Below are positions 18,094 to 27,699 of a DNA stretch of 64,000 bases, piece by piece. Positions within the stretch are counted from its first letter, which is position 1. Each line of letters begins with the position of its first letter. Both the position numbers and the translations under genes were made by a program. The notes beneath the pieces are model-generated. The model saw only the letters and a list, made by a program, of their open reading frames with translations, was not told where the DNA came from and did no database searches. Source of the stretch: an uncultured Desulfurococcaceae archaeon (GTDB lineage: Archaea; Thermoproteota; Thermoprotei_A; Sulfolobales; NBVN01); the NCBI GenBank assembly GCA_964655125.1, contig CAZZLT010000046.1, positions 14,480-78,479 of the forward strand. The letters are read 5' to 3'.

Positions 18094-18645
18094 TTAAAGA
18101 CCTAAAACATCGTGGATTTCCTTCAACGCCTTTAAGGATATCTCAGTAAATTCCTCTAGACTTAGTCCTAGCTTCTCACAATACATTATTCTAGACCTAT
18201 CAACACCTCTAGCGAAATCCTTCTGTTTAAACTTCTTAAGTACTGAATCAACACGTACTTCATCTAACTTCTTACTAGGCATTACTAAAGCAGTCGCTAT
18301 TATCAACCCTGAAACATGGTCTGATGCTTTTAAAGCGTACGTCATATCTAGATCTGATGTATGTCCTGTTAATTCGTTATGAGATGCTATAGCTTCTAAC
18401 GCCTCATTAGGGAGGAAGTCCTTAAGTATTTCAAGAGCTACTATACCATGTTTACTTAAGTCCTTACCGACTAATTCGTAATCTATATCATGTAGTAAGC
18501 CGGTAAGACCCCATAATTCTTCATCCTTACCTAACCTCCTAGCTAATGCCCTCATTATAGCTTCAACAGCTAAGCAATGCTTAAAATTCTTCTCATTCTT
18601 AATATATCTCCTTAATAACTCTAAAGCTTCATCCCTCCTAAGCAT
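18094..18645 (-). CDS. HD-domain (HDIG-type) protein
   Basis: HCLAVEAIMRALA and LLHDIDYE motifs. 183 aa. Confidence 0.8.
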   Translation of the reverse strand: MLRRDEALELLRRYIKNEKNFKHCLAVEAIMRALARRLGKDEELWGLTGLLHDIDYELVGKDLSKHGIVALEILKDFLPNEALEAIASHNELTGHTSDLDMTYALKASDHVSGLIIATALVMPSKKLDEVRVDSVLKKFKQKDFARGVDRSRIMYCEKLGLSLEEFTEISLKALKEIHDVLGL

Positions 18646-18741
18646 TACGTAAACACCAGATTAGATTAATTCTTAATCTTATAAAGATGTTACCTACGTT
18701 AGGACTCAGATTTTTAAGTTATATAGTTATTGATGTTCTAG

Positions 18742-19488
18742 GTGGATATACTGTTTAAAGTTAAAGTATTAAATGAGATTAAAGCTAATGATAAAGTACT
18801 AATCGTAGGTCTCCCAGGTATGGGTGGTGTAGCGTACACTACAGCTAATCATATCGTGAACTCCATGGGCGGTAAGTTAGTAGCTGAATTCTACACATAT
18901 AGTTACCCACCACAGATAAACATCAGTGATGGGAGGGCTTACTTATTTAAAGCTTACCTCTATGAGACGAAGCCAGCCTTAGTTCTAACAGCTAATGCCC
19001 AACCAGCAACTCCTGAAGCTCAGAACGAATTCTGTGATAATGTTATCGGACTCCTCAGTAAGAAGGGGTTGAGGAAAATCATAGCTACTGCAGCTTATGT
19101 AACAAGTCATGTCAGTCCTCTAAGGAATATCTACGTAGCTGGGAATGACGACTCACTAATTAATGAGTTTGTTAAGTTAAATGCTCAGGTATTAAAAGGT
19201 GGTGTTGTCTCAGGTATTAATGGAGCTATAGTTGGATGGGCTTCCTACTACGACATACCAGCTGTTGTATTACTTGCTGAGACTTGGGAAGCTATAGTTC
19301 AAGTTGATGAATTCGATTATAGAGCTTCAAAACATTTACTAACTATCGTTAGTAAGTACTTAAATAGTGAGGTGGATACTAGCGTTTTAGACACATTAGC
19401 AGAACAAGTTGAGAGTAAGGTCATGGAGTTAATTACGAGGTCACTTAAGCAATTCGAGGTTAAGAAACCTTCTAAAGATGTTATGTAG
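18742..19488 (+). CDS. PAC2-family (proteasome assembly chaperone-like) protein
   Basis: LIVGLPGMGGVAYTTANHIV N-terminal motif. 248 aa. Confidence 0.7.
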   Translation: MDILFKVKVLNEIKANDKVLIVGLPGMGGVAYTTANHIVNSMGGKLVAEFYTYSYPPQINISDGRAYLFKAYLYETKPALVLTANAQPATPEAQNEFCDNVIGLLSKKGLRKIIATAAYVTSHVSPLRNIYVAGNDDSLINEFVKLNAQVLKGGVVSGINGAIVGWASYYDIPAVVLLAETWEAIVQVDEFDYRASKHLLTIVSKYLNSEVDTSVLDTLAEQVESKVMELITRSLKQFEVKKPSKDVM

Positions 19489-19499
19489 GGTATTTTAAG

Positions 19500-20213
19500 G
19501 TGCACGTAAAGACCATAATATTCGATTTAGACGGTACGTTAGTAGATAGTAATGAAGCTCACGCCATCTCTTGGGTTCAAGCTTATAAGTTAGTTGGTTA
19601 TGGTGATATCCCTATAGAGATTGTCCTTAAGTACATAGGTATTAGGGGGGACTTAATAACTGAGAGAGTACTTGGTAGGGAAGCTCTTAAGGACTATAAA
19701 AGGATAAGATTCTATAAGGATAAAGTATTCCTTAAATTACTGAGAGAGGGTTACATAACACTCTTCCCGGAGGTGTATGATGTATTAAAAGTGTTAAGGA
19801 GTTATGGGGTTAAACTATGTGTAGCTACTTCAACATCCATACCTCTACTAATAACAATGTTAGAATACTTCAACATAATGAACTACTTTGATGTATTAGT
19901 AGCTGGGGAGGAAGTCCGTAGGAGTAAACCTGAACCAGACCTCTATCTAGAAGCTTTAAAACGTGCTAAGACTGAGGGTAAGGATGCTTTAATAGTAGGT
20001 GATAGTGAGTATGATGTAATACCGGCTAAAGCTGTAGGTGCTACTACGGTATTGGTGATGAGGGATAATTCAAAGAAGGAGTTGAGTGTTAATCCTGACT
20101 ACGTAGTTAAGGATCTTATAGACTTAGTTAAGGATGTGCTTAAGCTAAAATTTAATTACTCATACCTTAAAGCTTCTACAGGACTAAGTTTTGACGCTCT
20201 CCATGATGGGTAA
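19500..20213 (+). CDS. HAD hydrolase, beta-phosphoglucomutase/phosphatase-like subfamily
   Basis: IIFDLDGTLVDS, VATSTS, KPEPD and VGDSEYD motifs. The 3' end overlaps the convergent permease gene by 58 nt. Confidence 0.85.
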   Translation: MHVKTIIFDLDGTLVDSNEAHAISWVQAYKLVGYGDIPIEIVLKYIGIRGDLITERVLGREALKDYKRIRFYKDKVFLKLLREGYITLFPEVYDVLKVLRSYGVKLCVATSTSIPLLITMLEYFNIMNYFDVLVAGEEVRRSKPEPDLYLEALKRAKTEGKDALIVGDSEYDVIPAKAVGATTVLVMRDNSKKELSVNPDYVVKDLIDLVKDVLKLKFNYSYLKASTGLSFDALHDG

Positions 20214-21367
20214 ATAGATGCTAATGCTGTAGTTGTGAGGGATAAAGCTATAGCTATCAAAGTGTATTGAGGGTCTAACACCGGTGTATAACTAGTAAAC
20301 GGGCTTGCCTGCGGTCCCGGACCCGGATTCCTAGGACCTATAGTTAAACTGAATATATGTGTAAGTGCTTGTGATAATACTACACCTAATCCGAAACCTG
20401 ATAACCCTCCTATAAGACCTATCAACGACCCCTGAATTAAGTATAGTAGTAGGACTGTAAAATCACTCATTCCTAAAGCTTTAAGTAACCCTATCTCCCT
20501 AACTCTCTCAAGGACTGATATCATCATTATGTTAAATGTACCTAAACCAGCAGCTATAAATGATGTACTAGCGATACTAACTAATAGTAGGTTCATCTGA
20601 TTTAATATAGTAGTGAATGTGTTTATTACTGACTGAACGGTTGTTATCCTAGCTCTAGCACCTAATAACGTCCTTATACTATCAGCTACATCACTAACTA
20701 CATTAACGTCTGAAGCCTTCACTATAACTACTGAATACCCTTGAGCTCCACTAACCATCCTAAAGTAATCTAACGGTATGTATATACTGTCGTCAGGTGA
20801 TGAGAGGAGGAAGGAGGATCCGTAATAATTAAGAATACCTACTACACTAAATATGTATGTTCTAGTACCAACCCTCACAGCTATTGTCTGACCAACATCA
20901 ACGACTTCATTACCGCTTGATTGGTCGTAAGCTATGTTATAACCTACTAAAGCTATAGGTAATGGTGAGTCAGTAAATAAATCACCTTTAAGTAGATCTA
21001 CATTACCACCTAATAATTCCTTAAGTTCTGAAGCTCTAACACCTACTAATGTAGCCCTAATATTTAACCCCTCAACATTACTGATTAACGTCCTCATAGG
21101 TATGACTATTGAAACTCCTGATAACTCAGATATCCTGTAAACATCTACATCACTTAACAATCTAGTACCAGCTGATGAAACTATTATCGTTGTAGGTCCG
21201 AGTCTCTCGAAATTAGCTATGAAGCTAACGTATATCCCTCGAGCATGTGATGATAACGCTATTATAACCATAACACCGACAGCAACAGCTAAGATGGTGA
21301 GTACTGTCCTAAGCCTCCTCTGAGTTAGTTGTTTCCACGCAAGTTTAACTACATCGTAGATATTCAT
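20156..21367 (-). CDS. ABC transporter permease, FtsX/MacB-type
   Basis: N-terminal TM, large extracytoplasmic domain, C-terminal FtsX module (REIGLLKALGMSDFTV). 403 aa. Confidence 0.85.
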   Translation of the reverse strand: MNIYDVVKLAWKQLTQRRLRTVLTILAVAVGVMVIIALSSHARGIYVSFIANFERLGPTTIIVSSAGTRLLSDVDVYRISELSGVSIVIPMRTLISNVEGLNIRATLVGVRASELKELLGGNVDLLKGDLFTDSPLPIALVGYNIAYDQSSGNEVVDVGQTIAVRVGTRTYIFSVVGILNYYGSSFLLSSPDDSIYIPLDYFRMVSGAQGYSVVIVKASDVNVVSDVADSIRTLLGARARITTVQSVINTFTTILNQMNLLLVSIASTSFIAAGLGTFNIMMISVLERVREIGLLKALGMSDFTVLLLYLIQGSLIGLIGGLSGFGLGVVLSQALTHIFSLTIGPRNPGPGPQASPFTSYTPVLDPQYTLIAIALSLTTTALASIYPSWRASKLSPVEALRYE

Positions 21368-21379
21368 TACCTACTCCAC

Positions 21380-24331
21380 CTACCTCCTCAATTTCTTAAT
21401 AACTACTAAGGTAATCAACGCAATCACTACTAAACCACCGACTATGAGAATGTAGTTACTGATACCCTCACTCGTAGATCTTGACGGGGTTGTTAGTGTG
21501 GTAGCTGCTGGGGTCCCGACCCTAATCACTACTTCGAAAGTAGTGTTTTGAGGAGTTCTTAAGTTATCGAGGTATGAGATAGTTATAGGTAATCTTAAAA
21601 CTCTTTCAGAAGTATTCATAAGTTGTAGAGTTATTGTAGCTGCAGTCGTACTTCCTACATCAATATTACCTAGATATATAGTTCTCTCCTCAGTAGTAGG
21701 TCTAAGTGGTAAACCAGTTATTAATGGGTATATAAATGCTGAGTATGCTGGAGTTACCCCAACATTAATTAATGTTAGAGTTACTGAGAATGTCTGACCA
21801 GGTACTACCGTAGTAGGCATTACTACATAATCAGTAACTCTAATATCAGCTTTACCTCTAAGTAGGAGTGTGAAGCTCTTATCCTCATTCTTTAAAGTAC
21901 CTAATACCTTATCTACGTAGTTGAGATTGATGGTTATGTATGATGTATATTGATTAGTTAATGCTACATAGACCGGTAATTTAATAACTACTACTTCACC
22001 AGGGCTTAATCTCCCTATATAACCATCACTACTACCTATGATATTTATAGCTGGACCAACTAATAATCTATAGTTAATCCCCTCAATCACTTCATTACCT
22101 ACGTTCCTTAAAGTTATACTAACGTTATTTATAAACCCTATAAGTAATTCATTAGCACTTATACTTGCTTCCACATTACTTACTAATGTTCTAGGCTCTA
22201 CAGATACCATCACTGTATATGTATCACTATATAGTTGGTTTAAAACGTCGTAGTACGTAGCTGAGAATGTTATAGGGACTGAAGTATATGTAGTTACATA
22301 ACTAGACCTAACATTCACGTTAACATGTTTAGAATCTCCAGGGCTTACATCACCGATATAGAACTTACTTGATGAGTTAATTAAGGTGATTGTAGTTCCT
22401 TGAACACTTACACTTACTACTAAGTCCTTAACATCTGATTCCCCAGTATTTGAAATATTTATCGATAGAATACCAACACTACTAGATAGTATGTTTGTAG
22501 GTGTTAAGCTAATGTTTAAGGATATCCTAGTAGGTAATACTTTAATTACCTCATTATAAGTTTCAGTCCTTAAAATACCTAAAGAATCTAAATACCTGAC
22601 GTTAATAGTTAATGTATATGTACCTGGTTTATTAGTAACTACGTAAGGTATCTCTACGATACGTTCATCACCAGACTTTAAACTCCCTATCAACACCTCA
22701 TTACTACCACTCAAGACTAGAGGGGTACCACTACTAACTATACTGAGTACAACATTATTAACAACGTCATTACTTAATACCTTAATACTTAATGAATCTG
22801 TAGATAAAGCCTTAAACACTTTAGGCTCTAAATATACTATTAACCTCTTCTGAGTTTCAGGAGGTTTAATCATTATTATGAAGTCGTACGTGTTACTGAA
22901 GTAATTACCTAGAGCATCAGAGTAACTTACTTGATAACTAACCTTTACGTAGGTAGCTGAATCTACGTATGGGGTCCTAACGATAAAGCCTATATAAGTT
23001 GTTGTGAGCGGGTTTAGAATTCCTAACCTTACTTGAGGTTCACTTAATAATAATATGTTTGAGGGTAGGATTACCTGTATAGTTAAGTTACTTAAGTAAT
23101 TACTACCTCCGTTATAAAGCCTTAAAGTTAGGTTACTGATATCACCACCTCTAACCTCCTTAGTGATTAAGTCTAGAGTTAAGGGTGAGTCCCTAATAGG
23201 TTTTACAACTACCGGTAGGTTGAAAGACCTACTACTACTTAATCCATACATATCGTTATAATCAATACTTACTGTAATGAATGTATTAACGTATGAGGTT
23301 GTAGGTGTTGAAGATATAGTTAATGGAATTACTATATCCTCATTAGGTCTTACCTCATCAATTACGTAGAGGGTGTTACCGTAGATCTGTAGTGGTTGCT
23401 GCGTTGTTAACCTAACTACTACATCTCTAGCAATACCTCCACTATTAAGTATTGTTAAGTTAGTTGATAATGAAGAACCACTTAATAATTCATTAGAACT
23501 TAAGTAAGCATTAAGTATTGGTTTGTCGTACTGTTCTACATAGATATTATTCTTAGATGTTGAGGTATACGTAATTCCTAAGGGGCCGTAATACGTTACT
23601 GTCGTTGTAAGTATTAACGTTGTATTAGATAGTGTTGGTGGTATGAATAGTTCTACAGGTACCTTCACCTCATTATCCACCTCATTAACTGGTGGGATAT
23701 CACCTACTTCTAACTTAGTTATGTTTATGTATATCTGAGGTTGAGTTAATAGCTCAAAAACTACGTTCTTAGCACTTGCTGTACCGTTATTAACTAATCC
23801 GATAGTTATTACCTGCCTCCCAGGACTTACAGATTTATCATAACTATAGATTCTAATGTTAGGTCTTCCATTGACTGGAATACTTACGTATAACTCAGTA
23901 GTATACACCCTACTGTAGTATAAGACTTCAACAACGTATTCTAGAGTTAACTTAGCTCTATACGTCCCTAAAACCGCGTTATCACTTACTCTAACCTTAA
24001 ACTGAAGTTCAATAACAGATCCTGCAGGTATTGAAGAACCTCCAGCTCTGTAATACGTTATGACTTTAGAATCCCCAGTAACTGATGTTAAACCTTTAGG
24101 TAGTTCTAAAGTAGCTGTTATAGTAGATGATGATATGGTGTTCATAGTTCTTAAAGTTATTGATAACTGACCTATATCTCCAGGCCCTACTTCAGTAGGA
24201 CTCGTTAGAGATCCCCAAGTAACTGATAACACTTCAAGTTCTACTGTTTGAGCATTAAGTACATGTAATGGTATTATGTTAAACAATACTAACATAACTA
24301 CTAATACTGTGCCTACACTACCTACACTCAT
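21380..24331 (-). CDS. Large (983 aa) surface protein with repeated CARDB/S-layer-like Ig-fold modules, an N-terminal signal and a C-terminal TM anchor
   Basis: Signal-like N-terminus VLVVMLVLFNIIPLHVLNA. About 8-9 repeats of the pattern ..L.L.N.G...v.nv.v.... Thr-rich stalk then ILIVGGLVVIALITLVVIKKLRR. The ATGA junction overlaps the ATPase gene. Confidence 0.7.
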   Translation of the reverse strand: MSVGSVGTVLVVMLVLFNIIPLHVLNAQTVELEVLSVTWGSLTSPTEVGPGDIGQLSITLRTMNTISSSTITATLELPKGLTSVTGDSKVITYYRAGGSSIPAGSVIELQFKVRVSDNAVLGTYRAKLTLEYVVEVLYYSRVYTTELYVSIPVNGRPNIRIYSYDKSVSPGRQVITIGLVNNGTASAKNVVFELLTQPQIYINITKLEVGDIPPVNEVDNEVKVPVELFIPPTLSNTTLILTTTVTYYGPLGITYTSTSKNNIYVEQYDKPILNAYLSSNELLSGSSLSTNLTILNSGGIARDVVVRLTTQQPLQIYGNTLYVIDEVRPNEDIVIPLTISSTPTTSYVNTFITVSIDYNDMYGLSSSRSFNLPVVVKPIRDSPLTLDLITKEVRGGDISNLTLRLYNGGSNYLSNLTIQVILPSNILLLSEPQVRLGILNPLTTTYIGFIVRTPYVDSATYVKVSYQVSYSDALGNYFSNTYDFIIMIKPPETQKRLIVYLEPKVFKALSTDSLSIKVLSNDVVNNVVLSIVSSGTPLVLSGSNEVLIGSLKSGDERIVEIPYVVTNKPGTYTLTINVRYLDSLGILRTETYNEVIKVLPTRISLNISLTPTNILSSSVGILSINISNTGESDVKDLVVSVSVQGTTITLINSSSKFYIGDVSPGDSKHVNVNVRSSYVTTYTSVPITFSATYYDVLNQLYSDTYTVMVSVEPRTLVSNVEASISANELLIGFINNVSITLRNVGNEVIEGINYRLLVGPAINIIGSSDGYIGRLSPGEVVVIKLPVYVALTNQYTSYITINLNYVDKVLGTLKNEDKSFTLLLRGKADIRVTDYVVMPTTVVPGQTFSVTLTLINVGVTPAYSAFIYPLITGLPLRPTTEERTIYLGNIDVGSTTAATITLQLMNTSERVLRLPITISYLDNLRTPQNTTFEVVIRVGTPAATTLTTPSRSTSEGISNYILIVGGLVVIALITLVVIKKLRR

Positions 24332-25020
24332 TGATTAACCACCTCCACCACATTCCCATCCCTCATCTTAACAACTACGTCAACATATTTTGTTAACTCA
24401 ACATTATGTGTAACCATGATTACTGTCTTACCATGCTCATCAACTAATTTCCTAAATGTCTCAACAACTACTTGAGCATTCTTAGAATCTAAATTACCTG
24501 TAGGTTCGTCAGCAAGTATTAAGTTAGGCATATTAACTAAAGCCCTAGCTATCGCTACCCTCTGCTGCTCACCACCACTAAGTTCTAGAGGTCTCTTACT
24601 ACTCAAGCTCCTAAGACCAAATACGTCTAAAGCCTTAAGTACTAAGTCCCTACGTTCCCTAAAGCTAATACCCTTAATAGCTAGTGGTAATTCAATATTC
24701 TCGAAAACCGTTAAATAACTTAGTAAGTTATATAACTGAAATACAAAACCTACATACTTATTCCTATATTCAGCTAGTTTCCTACCATTAAGTCTAGTTA
24801 TGTCAATACCATCAACTATTACAGACCCCTTCGTAGGTTTATCAAGACCTCCAATAATGTTTAATAATGTTGTCTTACCACTACCGGAAGGTCCTACAAT
24901 AGCTGTGAACGTATTACGTCTAATAGTTAAGTTAACACCTCTTAAAGCAGGCCACTCAACTTTACCAGTCCTATAAATCTTCCAAACATCATTAAGTACT
25001 ACATGAAATTCATCATTCAT
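24328..25020 (-). CDS. ABC transporter ATP-binding protein (MacB/LolD-like)
   Basis: Walker [10 protein letters not shown], signature LSGGEQQR, Walker B LILADEPT. Confidence 0.92.
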   Translation of the reverse strand: MNDEFHVVLNDVWKIYRTGKVEWPALRGVNLTIRRNTFTAIVGPSGSGKTTLLNIIGGLDKPTKGSVIVDGIDITRLNGRKLAEYRNKYVGFVFQLYNLLSYLTVFENIELPLAIKGISFRERRDLVLKALDVFGLRSLSSKRPLELSGGEQQRVAIARALVNMPNLILADEPTGNLDSKNAQVVVETFRKLVDEHGKTVIMVTHNVELTKYVDVVVKMRDGNVVEVVNQ

Positions 25021-25060
25021 TACAACACCTCCTCAGGAAATAGTATTATAAGGAATATAA

Positions 25061-25084
25061 GGGTATTTCTGAAACTTCTGAAAC
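25061..25084 (-). promoter_or_regulatory. Promoter-proximal motif GTTTCAGAAGTTTCAGAAATACCC immediately upstream of a TATA-like box of the ABC operon
   Basis: Tandem TTCTGAAAC x2 on the + strand. Same architecture as 25761-25797. Confidence 0.4.
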
Positions 25085-25178
25085 TCTCGTTCCGTAACCT
25101 TAGAGGTCTGGATGGATAATAGGAGTGAAATGAGTGGAGTATTAATTGGAGATGAAAAAGAATTTATTTTGAATCTAT

Positions 25179-25718
25179 TTACTTACTAATACATGGGCAT
25201 TTACAAACACAGGTTGTCGGTCCCCAAATACTAACTACTTCAGGCTTCTCTAAATCTACTAATACGTGGACTACACCTCCACCTTCCTTATGTAGGGTTA
25301 CCCAAGCCCCTACAGTCTTCAATAATATATTGCCGTCGTCCTGTATTACTAGCTTAATTATAGGTCTTATAGCTGTGATGTTATAACCCTCATTTAATAG
25401 TTTTGAGGTGTTCTCATTACCCTGCAGTATACTTACGACTCTATCTTTAAATCCTTCACTAACCTCTATAAACTTCTTATTAAGCCATAGACCCCATCCT
25501 GGAGGTAACTTATGTATGTTGTTAAACATCTTCTGCATCATTAATCCCCTCCCGTTACTGACACCGTCGTCATCAGCGGTTTGCTGTCCTCCATATACAA
25601 GGCCTAGACCTTTAGGATTAGGTTTAGCATATGCTACCATACCTGCTAGACCTAACACAACTATAGCTAATACTAGAGTAGCTACCATATATACCCTAAC
25701 ATTTAAATTCTTACTCAT
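25179..25718 (-). CDS. Secreted or membrane-anchored protein with a Cys-rich C-terminus (unknown family)
   Basis: N-terminal hydrophobic segment VATLVLAIVVLGLAGMVAYA. C-terminus GPTTCVCKCPCISK. 179 aa. Confidence 0.6.
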   Translation of the reverse strand: MSKNLNVRVYMVATLVLAIVVLGLAGMVAYAKPNPKGLGLVYGGQQTADDDGVSNGRGLMMQKMFNNIHKLPPGWGLWLNKKFIEVSEGFKDRVVSILQGNENTSKLLNEGYNITAIRPIIKLVIQDDGNILLKTVGAWVTLHKEGGGVVHVLVDLEKPEVVSIWGPTTCVCKCPCISK

Positions 25719-25760
25719 TTACATCACCTTCACTTACTGAATAGTTAAAGAGTTATAAGA

Positions 25761-25797
25761 GGGATACCGTGAAACGATTAGGATAAACTAGTGAAAC
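25761..25797 (-). promoter_or_regulatory. Promoter-proximal motif GTTTCAC-N15-GTTTCACGGTATCCC upstream of a TATA-like box of the 179-aa gene
   Basis: GTGAAAC at 25769-25775 and 25791-25797 (+ strand). GGGATA and TATA spacing mirror 25061-25084. Confidence 0.4.
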
Positions 25798-25851
25798 TCC
25801 TTAAGGAACTCTTTTAACTAATTAAGGTGTTAGTCTATTAGGTGGTAGTAA

Positions 25852-26319
25852 TTGATAATACCTCCTCAGTACTTAATAAATTTAGGTTATAGTACAGAAA
25901 TACTTGACTGTAGTGGTGTGAAACTAACATTAGATGAGGTATTTACTACTGAGTCTGAAGGATGTATTGATGTTGATTCTAAGGTAATACCACATTATAG
26001 GAGGTTAGAACATGATGGTAATGGGTTTTACTACTTACCTCAAGGTTCATACGTAATTAGGTATAGGGAGTATGTTAAGATCCCTGAGGACGCTATAGCT
26101 TTAGCAATCCCTAGATCATCATTAATTAGATCTGGTTCTACACTATTTACAGCTGTTTGGGACCCCGGATATGAGGGTAGGGGTTACGGGTTATTAATAG
26201 TGTATAATAGTCGTGGTATTAGAGTAAGGAGAGGTGCTCAAATAGCTCAACTAGTATTTATAAAGATGATGGAGAAGAGTATGAAGGTGTATAGAGGTAC
26301 TTATTTCGGGGAACGTTAG
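25852..26319 (+). CDS. dCTP deaminase/dUTPase-superfamily protein
   Basis: IPRSSLIRSG, WDPGYEG and AQLVF motifs. TTG start 6 nt after GGTGG. Confidence 0.8.
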   Translation: MIIPPQYLINLGYSTEILDCSGVKLTLDEVFTTESEGCIDVDSKVIPHYRRLEHDGNGFYYLPQGSYVIRYREYVKIPEDAIALAIPRSSLIRSGSTLFTAVWDPGYEGRGYGLLIVYNSRGIRVRRGAQIAQLVFIKMMEKSMKVYRGTYFGER

Positions 26320-26334
26320 TAAGGTTTTATGAAG

Positions 26335-26961
26335 TTAATCACGTCTACTCTTACTAGCCTCACTTAATATCTCAATTAACCTCTTAATCACCTCAGTAAT
26401 ATCAACTTCTTCCTCCTTTTTAGGTAGTTCTACTTTCTCACCTCTTAAGAACTTCTCCACCCTCACACTAAACTCCTCAACAATCTTAACTAATTCGTTA
26501 GAGTCTAACCTCCCTTCATACTTTTCTCTATAAACTACTCTCCCATCCCTAAAGTAGAGGAGGTATGTAGTTGGTGATGCATGTATGTCATACTCTTTAA
26601 AGGAGTTACTCGCAGCTTCAGAGTTACATCTCCGTGAAAACCATTCGCAGAGGACTACTATGAAGTAGTGATTAGTTAGTTTCTTAGCTACTTCCCCTAC
26701 ATACTTAAACCAAATACTATCGTAAGCTCTACAAGCACTACATTTAGCGTTATCGAAATATATTATGTAGTAACCATCAATAGGTGGTTTAAACGCCTTA
26801 CCACCAACTAGAGTTAAGATCCACTCACCCTTAACCCTATCATATATGTATACTCCATGAGGTGATTCATTACTAACTACTTTAAACCTACTTAAACTAC
26901 TTAAATCCATTCCACTACCTACTAACGCCTTAATCAATACTTCATCATCCACATACACCAC
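26335..26961 (-). CDS. Thioredoxin-fold-like protein (CxxC)
   Basis: FDNAKCSACRAYD CxxC context followed by a thioredoxin-like beta-alpha pattern. Tentative. Confidence 0.45.
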   Translation of the reverse strand: MVYVDDEVLIKALVGSGMDLSSLSRFKVVSNESPHGVYIYDRVKGEWILTLVGGKAFKPPIDGYYIIYFDNAKCSACRAYDSIWFKYVGEVAKKLTNHYFIVVLCEWFSRRCNSEAASNSFKEYDIHASPTTYLLYFRDGRVVYREKYEGRLDSNELVKIVEEFSVRVEKFLRGEKVELPKKEEEVDITEVIKRLIEILSEASKSRRD

Positions 26962-27007
26962 CTAATTAGTCTTGAAATCCTATTAAGCTAATTAAGTTTA
27001 AATAACG

Positions 27008-27637
27008 TCATCCCCTACATAAAGGTTTTAGGTAGTATTCTTTAGCTAGATTAACTGTTGTTAATGAGATATCACTAACAACTACATTCGTTAACTCCTG
27101 AAAGACCTTAACTAAATCCTCATCAGACATATCCAATAACTTACACCCGTACTCTTTATACATTAATGAGTATATAACTTCATGTATAGTCCATGGGTAG
27201 ATAATCCATGCCCAAGACTCTAACCTACCCACGTAGTAGTCCGGTATATACTTCGATGTTGGTTTAATATGAAGTACTGCAGTCTTAACTTCCTCAGGGT
27301 TGAAGGTCTTAATACGTCTAACTACAGCATCTAGTGTTGAACCACTATCTACAACATCATCAACTATTAAGACCTTCTTACTCTTAATCGGTAGTTCTAC
27401 CTCCTGTATAATAACTTTATCAGAGATCTTACCGGCAACACCCCATAAACTAGCTTTAATACTATACACCTCATCAACATTAATAACATCACTTAAGATC
27501 CTAGCTGGGATTAAACCACCTCTAGATATAGCTACTATAGAGTTAGGTAAGTACTTACTCATTAGGAGTTTCTCAGCTAACTCAAATGTTAATTTAATAG
27601 CCTCACCCCACGAAATATATACGTACTTCATACTCAA
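27008..27637 (-). CDS. Purine phosphoribosyltransferase (type I PRTase)
   Basis: PRPP-binding motif VLIVDDVVDSGSTL. 209 aa. Confidence 0.85.
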   Translation of the reverse strand: MSMKYVYISWGEAIKLTFELAEKLLMSKYLPNSIVAISRGGLIPARILSDVINVDEVYSIKASLWGVAGKISDKVIIQEVELPIKSKKVLIVDDVVDSGSTLDAVVRRIKTFNPEEVKTAVLHIKPTSKYIPDYYVGRLESWAWIIYPWTIHEVIYSLMYKEYGCKLLDMSDEDLVKVFQELTNVVVSDISLTTVNLAKEYYLKPLCRG

Positions 27638-27699
27638 GACCTACCCCTAACAACTTATACCTTACGTACATTTACTTAAGTTTGTATTTAAGTAGTGAC

